A DNA stretch of 55,046 nt, filler included, from Sphacelaria rigidula (taxonomy: Eukaryota): NCBI GenBank assembly GCA_964200075.2. It is 6 parts of 6 records of this genome, joined end to end, with 100 filler letters (N's around TTAATTAATTAA, not from the genome) between each part and the next. Parts side by side here need not be neighbours in the genome. Positions count along the whole stretch, not along the records: positions 36,767 to 45,856 come from CAXNAA020009327.1; positions 45,957 to 55,046 come from CAXNAA020009328.1; 4 more parts are not named here. One strand, 5' to 3'. How positions within the stretch are numbered: the first letter of the stretch is position 1; every line of letters begins with the position of its first letter. The notes below the pieces were generated by a model that searched no databases, was not told the DNA's origin, and saw nothing but the letters and a program-made list of their open reading frames with translations. This document shows positions 38,486 through 49,236 of the stretch, piece after piece. Both the position numbers and the translations under genes were made by a program.

Positions 38486-38959
38486 GTACGCCCCCTCCCC
38501 TCTCCTAAATGGAGCGGTTGTAGTAAATGAGCTGCAAGCTTTTCCTTTGCACGGCCTTCTGTTTTCTACGACTGGATATGAGTGTGGGTCTGCGCAAGAC
38601 CTTTCCGCTGAAGCAATGAACTGGCCATTTTTTGCCCCCTTTTTTTTAATCTTTTTATTCATCTCTCTATCTCCTTTTTTACGTCTTAGTCGACAATGCC
38701 GTTGTGTTTTACCTTCTCTTATTCTTCTTTCTTCAGAGAGTGCTTCAGCTTTGTTTTGTGTCGGGTACGTCCATCATGTGACCACGGTTGTATCCCTGTA
38801 GGGTCAGTGAAAGTGCGACAATAAATCAATTAATCAAATCAATCAAGCTTTGTGCAATCGTAAGTGGAATACACAAGGCCTCGATGACTGAATTAATATT
38901 CAGACCCAGGGAATTCGTCCACCAAGTCATCGCCAGCAGTACCAAACAAACGCTTTGCA

Positions 38960-39400
38960 ATACTTTCGTATCCTTACTCGGTAGTTCTGTGAGTTCTGTA
39001 AGCCTCCCGTACCGTTACCGGCGGGCACGGGTATGCTCTTGGTAGGATATCCGGTTGCGGGTACGGTTTTCTGTGCAACCTCCATACCCTACCCGACAGT
39101 TTCTGTGAGTTCTGTAAGCTTCCCATACCCTTACCCGACAGCTCTGTGAGTTCTGTACAGAATGTTTACCCGTACACCTGGAGGGCGGGTATGCTCTTGA
39201 AAAAATACCCGATTGCCGGTACGATTTTTCTGTAAATCTCCCATACCGCACCCGATAAGTTCTGTAATTTCCGCAAGCCTTTCATTCAGTACCGGTACCC
39301 GACAGTTCTGTAAGCTCTGCAAGCCTCCCATAACCCTACCCGGGGTGAGGATATACCGTTGTAGATATACCCGATTGCAGGAACGAGCACAGGTATATAC
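38960..39400 (+). repeat. Fragment of the 'tacccgacagttctgtgagttctgtaag' repeat family
   Basis: Internally repetitive; similar to 40055-40870. Confidence 0.75.
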
Positions 39401-40039
39401 CTTGAGGAGATAATGATATATGTCCAAGCACAACCTGGTGACCTGAACATGTACCTCCCATCGATCAACCCACCTTACTCCTTCATTCAACGCTACACAC
39501 CAACAACAAATCGATGCTGGAAAGTTCTTCACTTTGGAACCTGACGGGATACGAGGTACTGCTGAGACAAAACACGAAACATGAGCAGCACTGCAGACCG
39601 TTAGGATGGATCACCCCAGACTCGACTGGTGGCTCGAGCGGGGGCGGTTCATCTACGCCACCAGGGGATCAAGTAGCAAGACGCGCGTCATCGACGTTGA
39701 TGGTTGTGTCGTGGTCATCAAACCTCAGCCCGTTATCGACATGCACAGCAAAGAGTATGAGCTGTCACCACCGGAAGTCGTCAAGACCGTCGACTATTTT
39801 GTCGTGCCGCAGGGCTTCCAGAGAGCGGGCAGCCATGAATAATGCTCCTCCATGTATTACTCTCTGGGAGTGTACGTGAAGCCGATAGATGTTGACGATC
39901 CCGTGCACATGTACTACTGCGAGTGTTCGTGTAGTCTTTTTTCATCAAACCCGTGAAGCGGTTCAGAGTTTTCGCGAGCTGTCATCTGTAGTTCGTCACT
40001 GCAGTGACGTGGGTCCCAGCAAAGGGGTTATGATAACAT

Positions 40040-40870
40040 CAAGGCTGTGTTTTGTAGGGTACGGTTTTCTGTATACCCGGGGTATTTTCCCGATAGTCAC
40101 CGTACCTTACAGTTCTGTGACTTCTGTAGGACTTTCATACCGGTACCCGACAGTTTTGTGACTTCTGTAAGACTTTCACACGTCGGACAGCTCATGAGCT
40201 AGGTGATCTGCGAGCTGTAGCTTACTTGTAGTCAAACATGTACATGCGAGCTACGCCCGTCAGCTCACCCAAGGTAAACGTGACTGGTAAGCTACGGGCT
40301 GGTAGCTCACCTAGGCTAAACATGCGTAGCTCATATTGCTCTTCTAGCTCACTCAGAGCGAATATGAGCTGGTGAGCTACGGATTGGTAGCTCACCTAGG
40401 GCAAACATGCGTAGCTCATATTGCTCTTATAGCTCCCCAGGAAAAACATGCGTCGCTAACGTAGCCCTCATATCTCATTAGGGAGCTACGCTAAAAAAGA
40501 GCTAGCTCGAGCTACAGGGACCTGATCTATCTGACGCGTCAAGACTTTCATACCGGTACCCGATAGTTCTATAATCTCCGTAATACTTTCATACCCTTAC
40601 CCGATAGTTCTTTGACTTCTGTAAGCCTCCTATACCCTTACTCGGAGCACGGGTATGCTCTTGAAGAAATACCCGATTGCCGGTACGGTTTTTCTGTAAG
40701 CCTCCCATACCGTACCCGACAAGTTCTGATTTCTGTAAGATTCTCAAACTGGTGCCCAATAGTTTTGTAATATCTGGAAGACTTTGATACCGGTACCCGA
40801 TATTTGTGTGAGTTCTGTAAGGAATCTTTCACCCTCCAGACATACCTGTACCCTACAGGACACAACTTGG
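40040..40870 (+). mobile_element. MITE-like element of the TACCCG/TTCTGT family hosting a nested insertion
   Basis: Imperfect TIRs 'caaggctgtgttttgtagggtac' / 'gtaccctacaggacacaacttgg'. Confidence 0.65.
40177..40540 (+). mobile_element. Short cargo-less copy of the AGCT-rich hAT-like element
   Basis: CACACGTCGGACAG ... CTATCTGACGCGTC with perfect 8-bp TSD AAGACTTT. Confidence 0.88.
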
Positions 40871-41094
40871 AATCTTGCAATAGTGTACGGTCTGCACTGA
40901 AGTGTAGTGTACTGTTGTAGTTGTCATTTAAAACCGCCGGATGAAAGACGCGTACTCACCAGGCGTCAGCAACTGTCCGAACTTCAAGCGTCGCCCCCAA
41001 ATAGAGAGGCACACGCAACGCACTACTTGTGCACATTCGAGCAAAAACGTTCGACCGAACAATATTCACCAACCACATCACGTCTTATGCACAC

Positions 41095-43534
41095 CTTGCC
41101 GGTAAGCGCACGCGCCAGAGGGGAGGTGTCGGCGTCCCGACGTTGCAAGGTGGAATGGTTGAACCGATCGAGGCATCAGGGGTGCGACGAATGAGGTAGA
41201 CTGCTGCGACCATAACGCGATAACCAAAGCCACCATCAGAGCATATCGAGAGCGAAGCGATGCATAGTAGGCCATGATGGAACGCGTGCGGTATACCTCC
41301 CAGTCGGACTCCTGAACTCCAGACTCAGGTTGTTCATGTGTAAGCTATGGCAAATGACACATACAGTGGAGCGATTGGAGATTAACTCTGCAGAGGCTTC
41401 ATGTATGTGTATGTTTATACTACAACCTTGCTAGAACCTCAACCCTTGGACAGCGAGAGTAGGTCACGTGTTGAATCGGTATCAATTTCACTTGAAAAAA
41501 GTGTGCATGATCCAGGAAAACTAACCTCGCGGTCTAAGGGTTAACAATGCTCAAAACTATTCTGAAACATAGTATCCCCGCACCTGGAAAATGACAATTA
41601 AACGGCGTACGAAACAAAACACTTCATGAACGACACAAAACACCGGCGGTTGCGGTGCTAAATCTCGCCCTACTATTCCAGGCGCGGAAAGGAATTCAAC
41701 GGAGAAAGGATTCGCAGCAGCTAGAACGGGCGGACATCAAGGTTAGCTTCAAAGATCACCCCTTCCCCCCCCCAATTCGGCAATTTTTGTATAACCTTGC
41801 CCGACGGCAGCGGCCACCATAACCGCACCCGGAAAGCTCCATGAACGACACCCCAGCCAGTTCTAGACCGCGTCACAGCGAACACGGAGATATCATTGTC
41901 TTTGCACCGGATCTAGAAATCATGAAGTCACCTAATACCATGTACGAAAAAGTTTCCTCCTATTTCGTCCCCACTGGCCTAGGCCACCAGCTGTCTGTGC
42001 AACGTCTGACTTGATTTAAAGATGCAGAACACCAGCTGCGTTTCTTGAGTAATTGTGGAAGACTGTTGTCCCTACCAGAGGCCACGAGTTGTTTACCGGC
42101 CTTGGGCTACAAATGTCCATGATTGACACACTTTCCCCAGTATCGCTACCCCCAACCATAATCCCAACTCAATGCATACCGAGAACCCTCGGGCAACGGC
42201 GATATGTACATTCCTCAGGAAAAATGCGGCCTTGGTAGACCCCAAATCGGCGCCTGTGGCGCCGATTTTGAACGAAAACGCATTCTGCGCACGCGGAGAG
42301 CACACGGGACTGTCAGCCCTACCAAGATTTCGATTCTCGTTGTGAACACTCTATTCACAAGTAGTATCAACCCTGAACATGTATAGCGCAACACCGGTAA
42401 ACTCTACTGCGGTGCGAACACGGAAGTCGAGTTATCATACCGTAGTGTACTGAAGATAAGCATCAGGTGCAGTCGGTACTGTCAAGTCGCACCCGCCAGA
42501 CTATCCAAGTTACCTGGGTGTAAACTTTTGTAATGTACTGGACAACACAGTACTGTACTCCACTTTCAAAATTTGAGTGGAGGTGTACTCTTGGTGGTGG
42601 GAATCAGGGGGGTGTTAGCCTCCCCAAAAAATGTCTGGGCTGCCCGACGACATTTTTACGATCATAGACAATTCATCTTCTTTTCTTTTCTTACATGCGG
42701 ATATACTTGATTCAAAAATGCATCCTTCTCATAGGCTAATCGTGCTTTTAGGCAGCGCCCTCCCTGTTCAGACGCTACATACACACATACACACCCCTGA
42801 TACCCACGTTCGGATATATATGCTCAGTCAATGTGCTTCGCACGCGTGAGTTCGAATCTCACTGGTGTCGCCAATGTGGAAGTCGTGAGACTCCCGGTGA
42901 CGGTGGAAACCGTCGAAGGTGGCCGATGATTTCCCTCGGGTTATGTAGTCAAGGATTGACCGTAAGTCGTGGGGTTGAGGCAAAGTGGATCACTCGGGAA
43001 AGCTCGACGAGCGCGAGCGAGTTAGCCCGATGACGAAGTCTGAGAGTCTTGGTCAAGAGTGATCCCCAGGGATAGCCAGCAGTTCGCTGGGAAGATCCCT
43101 GTTACCTTGGGGTCCCAGATCCGGCTGTACAGATATGGAAGTTTCGGGGCTCCTGCGAACTTACCCCTGTAACAGCCGTTCACTAGGTTACACGTCATAA
43201 AAGGAAATCTCTCCGCACATGCCCATATGGCGATCTCCACAATATGTCTCATAGGGAATAGGAGGGACGGCATTGGAGAGGTGAGCCTACGTCTGAGACC
43301 ACGGGTTCGCGAGATCGGACTAATGTGCGGAAATAATAATGATAATACTAGTAGTAGTAACGATGCGGCCAAATGATAGTGGTTGGGTACGATACTAGGG
43401 TACATTCCACACTGGGGGAATGCGGCCGTAAACAGCATAAAATTTTGATTTTAACCTACAGGATGGTTGGATACTTGGCAATTGAATACTCTGATAGTTT
43501 CACTTGACTGACTATACTGCTGTGGCTGCTGATG

Positions 43535-43565
<31 letters not shown>

Positions 43566-44461
43566 CACCACCACCACCACTGTAGGACAGTGGTCATGAA
43601 ATGAAGGTGTACCTTGTTCTTGACCTCTTCGGGATGCACTTGTTGTCCGCACGACTTCTTGTACTGCTCAGCGCTGAAAAGGCGTAGCCGGTGGACTTCA
43701 CCCGATTTCAGTAATTTTTTATCGAGAGCACACAGCACTATATTGCCTCCTCTCTACTTGTATCAACTATGATGGTACCGGCAGTTACGCGTATTGAATT
43801 CCTCTCAGAGTTTTGACCCCAGTCCATTCGATGCCACATACAGATTGGTTCACGGGTTCGACCCGAATTTCAATTATCAGCAAAAAATGTCTTCCGCGAT
43901 ACCTACCCAACCTTCGTATTGATTTATTGATAGATTGATTGATGGATTGTCGAACTTTAACTGACTCTCCAGGGATCCAGCCGTGGTCTCATGATAGACG
44001 TACCCAAGAAAAACGAAACTGAAACACGCTCTGAAGAAAGAAGGAACAGGAAAAAAAAAAATTGAGCAGAACGACATGGCAGACCAAGTTGTAAAAACAA
44101 AAAGTAATAAAGAAGTCAACACAAGCAAAGCACAGAAAGAAATGGCCGACCTAAAATGTATGCATGGCATCATACTGACAGCGATCGTCAACTGAAGAAG
44201 AGGGTGATATAACCAGGATTTTGTTCAAGACCATAGTGGTGGCGCTTAGAAGGGCGAAACAAAGGTCAAAATACATACCTCGACCAAACCGGCGGCCTTA
44301 AAACTGTTGTGAACATTGAAATGAAAATTCTCATCAGCTCGGGAACCTAACGAAACAACAAGTTTTGGAAACGGTTTCCGTGGGATCGAATTGTACCTCA
44401 AGCGGAGGTATTTTGATGATGTGGGTTTTTAAGCGTCGTCGGATTTCCACTGAGTCAACCG

Positions 44462-44503
<42 letters not shown>

Positions 44504-45120
44504 AAAAGTTTCCCATGAAAAAATCCAAGCCAGGAACGAGGTCTGAGAGGGGAGCGTAGTGTCCATTGTAGCTATGGCTGTGATTCGTCAAAATAGTCAG
44601 TATGCTGCACCTTAGACCTAACGGCATCCCCTTGAATCAAATCATCTTGCTACCGTATTGTAACGTGACCCATACTCATTTTGTTCACTAGCAACCCACC
44701 ACGTAAGAACGGCCTGGATTCGTTTTTGAGGTTCAACATTTGGGTGAGGTTCACCGGACCATCGAAATTTCATTTGTTTCGTCCAATAGGCTCGGGATTC
44801 GCAAGCGGTTTCGACCATGTAACCCTAACCTAGAAGCTTCTGTACGGCAGCGCAAGCATGATGGGCAGTCCAACAGAAAAATCACCGTCAAGCATATGCG
44901 GCATCTGTTGAGCAGGACCTGCGTCGAAGCGCTACGGAACACGTAACAAAGCATGCTGAAAACATACTTCTTTGGACTAGTCATCGAGGTTTCGAACGCC
45001 TCTTGTTGAGTATCTGAGAGAGATTTCATACTGTTGCGCCGGCGACGACCGCCGTCAGCGAAACGATCCAATACGGCGGCAGACGCCAGCGATATTCGGA
45101 ACGCAGCATCATTCTGCAGT
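41095..45120 (-). CDS. Tentative multi-exon gene of unknown function; candidate exons 45120-44968, 43673-43613, 42284-42210, 41912-41829, 41311-41095
   Basis: AG/GT boundaries with mutually compatible phases give an open frame (..SMKSLSDTQQEAFETSMTSPKN-AEQYKKSCGQQVHPEEVKNK-NAFSFKIG..-IRCKDNDISVF..-ESDWEVYRTRSIMAYY..). Some donors are weak and no domain was recognised. Confidence 0.4.
42821..42873 (+). pseudogene. 3' half (positions 33-76, including CCA) of tRNA-Ser(GCU), forming an extended primer-binding site on the minus strand
   Basis: T-GCT-CA-GTCAA | TGTGCTTCGCACGC (long variable arm) | GTGAG-TTCGAAT-CTCAC (T arm) | TGGTGTC-G-CCA (G73 discriminator). The 5' half is absent. Confidence 0.88.
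42875..43411 (-). mobile_element. Lone LTR (537 bp) of an LTR retrotransposon
   Basis: Terminal inverted repeats TGTGGAA...TTCCACA. On the minus strand it is followed after 1 nt by TGGCGACACCAGTGAGATT (PBS). No gag/pol follows. Confidence 0.85.
43515..43582 (+). repeat. (CTG)n-(CCA)n microsatellite
   Basis: Direct observation. Confidence 0.9.
44466..44496 (+). repeat. (GT)n microsatellite
   Basis: Direct observation. Confidence 0.95.
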
Positions 45121-45856
45121 CTGCTGAGGTATACCAGCACACCAGAGTACAGCATCACTACAGTACAGTCGTCAGTTGTTGGATAAAATGGATGCCCCAC
45201 AATAAAAGCTGCACACACACACAACGGGGGTAGGGGTTGGTCCCACGCTCGGGTTTGTTTCGCTAGTAGCGCCCATGCGAGGCGCTTCATCCAGTCTGAA
45301 CCAGCTATCACGCCTTGTATGGCTACTTCCGCTGTGGGTGTGTTGAGAACTGGTCTCGCGATGGGGCTGTCGAAGGATACTACTGTAGTAGTGCAACGCG
45401 CTTACAAAATCCGAGCCGTTTCTTTTTAATTTAAAACCCGCATCAGCTGTAGTTCGAATATCTCTCCTCCAGGTCTCAAATGGGGTCTGAACTAGCGACG
45501 GAAAGTGCTGGCACCCTCTCCCTCAGATAGGATTTGTGACAACTGTGGGGGTATTCGGGGAACATCGCTCGGAATGAAACATGTAGAATAGTATTCACGG
45601 GTATCGTAGTACATTTTTCCCTATTGAAAATCGAAATTTCCTTGCTTGAACTCTTTATACCCGTTGCAATGAACGACTGCTCTCCAAGAAAATCATCCGT
45701 TATTTCAGGGCTTATAATCTTCGTATCCACGTCAAATCCTCGAAATATGGTTCAATTCCTTCACCTACCGGTATGCTAGCTATTGACAACTACTAGTCAC
45801 AGGCACCGTAGGTAAGGTAGGTACCCGGTACCGGTATTTGGGACATCTCATACCCT

Positions 45857-45956
45857 NNNNNNNNNNNNNNNNNNNNNNNNNNNNNNNNNNNNNNNNNNNN
45901 TTAATTAATTAANNNNNNNNNNNNNNNNNNNNNNNNNNNNNNNNNNNNNNNNNNNN
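45857..45956. other. Artificial contig linker
   Basis: Same structure. Confidence 0.97.
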
Positions 45957-47189
45957 ATGTTCATGCTACACATCTAAACGTCTCGTCCCATTATCGGAAC
46001 CGTGGAAGCGACCCGTCGTCCGAATAAGACCTCACTCTCAATCATATCTTCAACTCTCAATCTCACGAAAACATTGTTATTTGTGGAATCGGCACCAGTT
46101 TTACTTGACAACGGTCGGGGTTTCATACTGGCTTTCACTTGGTTGTCATAGCACACTACCTTCCGAGGTACGGGGCACCTTCGCGCCACCGTACGCGGTG
46201 AGCTCCAACAAAACAAAATACTGCAGAAAGGAGGCAAACTGGGTTGTGATGGTCAAATAGAGAGGTAGGTGTGGCCAACAGCGGGAAAGGTGCAGAGGGC
46301 CAGCAGGAGATGGGACTCATCACAGAGAAACGACCGACCGCCTCTTGATTAATCGTCATCGTTTGCCTCCTTCAATTAAAATTCCGAGAGGTGCCGGTGT
46401 AAGAGGCTGTGCTAAATTCCGAGAAGGGGAGCGTGAGATTCACTGGTGAACGGTGGTGGCCACTGGTACGAAGGAGAGGCAAACGGCTGGCGAGATTCAC
46501 TGGTGTTCAGTGGTGTTCACTAGCACGTAGGAGAGGCAAACGGCTAGCGAAGTCCCTCGTCTCAGAGTGACGGGTTCCCTGAGAAAAAGCAAACGACTGA
46601 GGTAGAGTAATCAGAGGTGCCGAAGTGGCAGAAAGAGTGAAAATCCGTAAAAGTCCGCGACGAAATCGCAAGTTCCCAGAAAAAACAGGAGATGCAGTTG
46701 ACCACAGAGAAACAAAAGAATCAAATCCTGGCAGCTGGTACGCCGGAGTGCGGACAAATGCTGCGTTGTCAGGCATCATTCCTGCACACCTGCGTGCAGG
46801 AATGATATCTACGGACGAACATAATGGAATAGAATGATATAATACATTGCACTCACGTTAAGACCGTTGAGCAACTGCTAGACCGACACGAAGAACATCG
46901 CACCGGCGATGTCGCTCACGTTGTCGCTTTGTCACCAGATAGCGGACGCATTCACGGCAACCATGAATATCTGGCCCATCTTCACCTTGATTGACCCCTG
47001 CGCGGTATTGCCCACGGGGGAACAGGCCGGAAGGACTTCGTGCACCAGGATTCACAGCACATCCGAGCAGGTTCCTTGTGTTGTTGATCCTTCTGCCCCC
47101 AGGGCGTGGTCACCTGTTGAATGACCATCCTTTTTAACCTGAAACATGACTCCATGACACAGATGACCCACCATGGTGGTCGAACAGTT

Positions 47190-47400
47190 CAAGGGTCGGA
47201 CAAATAATGATTCGTCTGGAAATTACTTGGATTTAGTATGATGAGTCGACTCGTGACGAATCNNNNNNNNNGGAATGGCGCAAAAGTTGCGTGGATACCT
47301 CTTGGACCAGCGATCAACTTTTTTTCTCTCTTTTGGGCAATCAGGCCGAAGGAATCGTGAATTTGGTGATTTTGAGTCGTGACGATTTGTCCTAACCGTG
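47190..47400 (+). mobile_element. hAT-like MITE (CAAGGGTCGGAC TIR family), internal N gap
   Basis: TIRs CAAGGGTCGGACAAAT / ATTTGTCCTAACCGTG. Perfect 8-bp TSD GAACAGTT. Confidence 0.85.
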
Positions 47401-48824
47401 GAACAGTTATGGTACACTCACTAAAGGTACAGTGACGTCGCCGAGCCAATTTCACTAGATCGGTATCACTTCAAGATGTACAGAACCACAGTGTTGTAAG
47501 GCGCAAAATGAAGCTACAGAGCACTGCTGTACGCCACACACGATGTGATGAATAAGACTCCAGAAACAGGTGTTTGAGTAGCACATGACGCACATGACAC
47601 ACACGAGTGACGGACTATGTGGGCAATACGCTCTGTGTAGAATCGCTCATGTATGGTGTACTTCAGACACCATGGATTCACACATGACGTTGCACTCTTG
47701 AGTCAAGTGTAATACAGTATTAGCAGACAACCCACATAAAACCTTTTTTTATCCAGTGTAAAAACATTCGCAGGTTACCCGGCCATCACTCTGTTTACCC
47801 TGCAGCTTTGGATGGTAACTATTTGAGCATTTGCTTTTCTCGCGAGGTGTGTGGAGTACGTATTGCCATACGTTTGTTCACATTAAAGACGTCCCTCTTG
47901 TGAACACGGCTATATTCGTACGATATCTGCTCAGCGAAAGTATTCGACACCAAGCAAACCTCCTCGCAATGTCCCCCAGCTCGACGCTGACCACGAGTCA
48001 CCCTACACATCCCGGCGTTGGTCCTGTCACACTTATCCGTAAAAACACAAGAACATGCCGCAAATGTTATTTGAAGTATATCACCCCGGGACAATCATAG
48101 CCCCCTCTCCGATTATCGCGAAAGGCGAGGCCCGGTAGTTCCGTCAGATCAATCGATACCATTTTGCGGAAGACCTCGACGAGATCCTGCTGACGAGAAT
48201 ACTTGCGGCGGAGGTTGATGAGAAAAAACATAGCTCTGAGGCCATTGCTGGGGTTGGGGTTCTCAACGCTGCATCGTCCTCGCGTGATATACCCTGTAAA
48301 ATAACCTGCTTATTCGCCCCACCGTCGGGTTAACAACAGCATGAGACCCGTTGGTGGTCGAGGAGAAGTGTGCTTTGGTTCAAGCGCCGTCCTGTGACAC
48401 GCTTGGTTTCACTGTGCCCATTCATGATCTAGTTGGTCACCTTTTACAATGGTTCACTGGAAATCCGCTTCTACCATACTTGTGTTCTTGGTCGACATGG
48501 GACCGTCAAAATTGCAACAAGAAAAAACAACGACAGCAGCTTCTCCTACTACAATATTACAACAACGACTATAACTACAAGAACGTCACAGAGCTACAGT
48601 ACCACCTGGATACCTTTCTTACTTCCAGCACACACAGTGCCTTTGTAGCTATTTTGTAGAGAAGTCGTGAGGTGAGTGTTTTACGAAGTCGTCCAAGTCC
48701 ACTTTTCTCGTCTCAATATGCTTTTCACGATAAGCGCATCTCCCAAACCGAGAAAAATAATATCCACAAACATAAACCAAGAAGTACAAAACACAAGCAA
48801 CAACAACATCAACACCGGAAGTGA

Positions 48825-49236
48825 ACTTTAGGCTACTCGCGCATCTTCCTTCCCCAGCTTTGTCTACTTGACCGCCAGCGCTCGCTGCAACAACAACTCC
48901 GCTTGCCCGCCTGATCTAGTTTAGTTCAACACCGGGACAATTGATGTGACACTCAGGCCACCTGCACATCATCTGTCCCCACCTCAGCATGTTAGATCGC
49001 CAGCCCTCGACGGAACGACGAGTGCCCCCCCCCCGCCCGGCCGGTCCAGTGCGGTCAAGCACTTCCCAAACCATTTCACCGTATACACTACCCGTACATC
49101 CTCCGTTCCCGACATTGCTCCCTTGATCACCCGCACTCTCCCGAAAACCGACTCCGCCTCGCCCGCCCGGTCCAGCGTGTCTTGAACGCTTTGCCAGCTC
49201 ATGCAGCGTACAAGCTACCTCCACATCCTCCATCCC
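48825..49236 (-). pseudogene. ~3 degenerate TPR-coding 126-bp units downstream of the NB-ARC-TPR stop
   Basis: Continues in register after TAG (GMEDVEVACTLHELA), then frameshifts (LDRAGEAESVFGRVRVIKGAMSGTEDV) and accumulates stops. Confidence 0.85.

Noticed and set aside
42821-42873. Functional, split or permuted tRNA-Ser gene
   Set aside because: No 5' half or A-box nearby, CCA is encoded, and it abuts an LTR exactly as a PBS does.
46775-46806. 13-bp perfect hairpin ATCATTCCTGCAC-N6-GTGCAGGAATGAT as a Helitron 3' end or terminator
   Set aside because: No CTRR terminus at the expected distance and no other supporting context.
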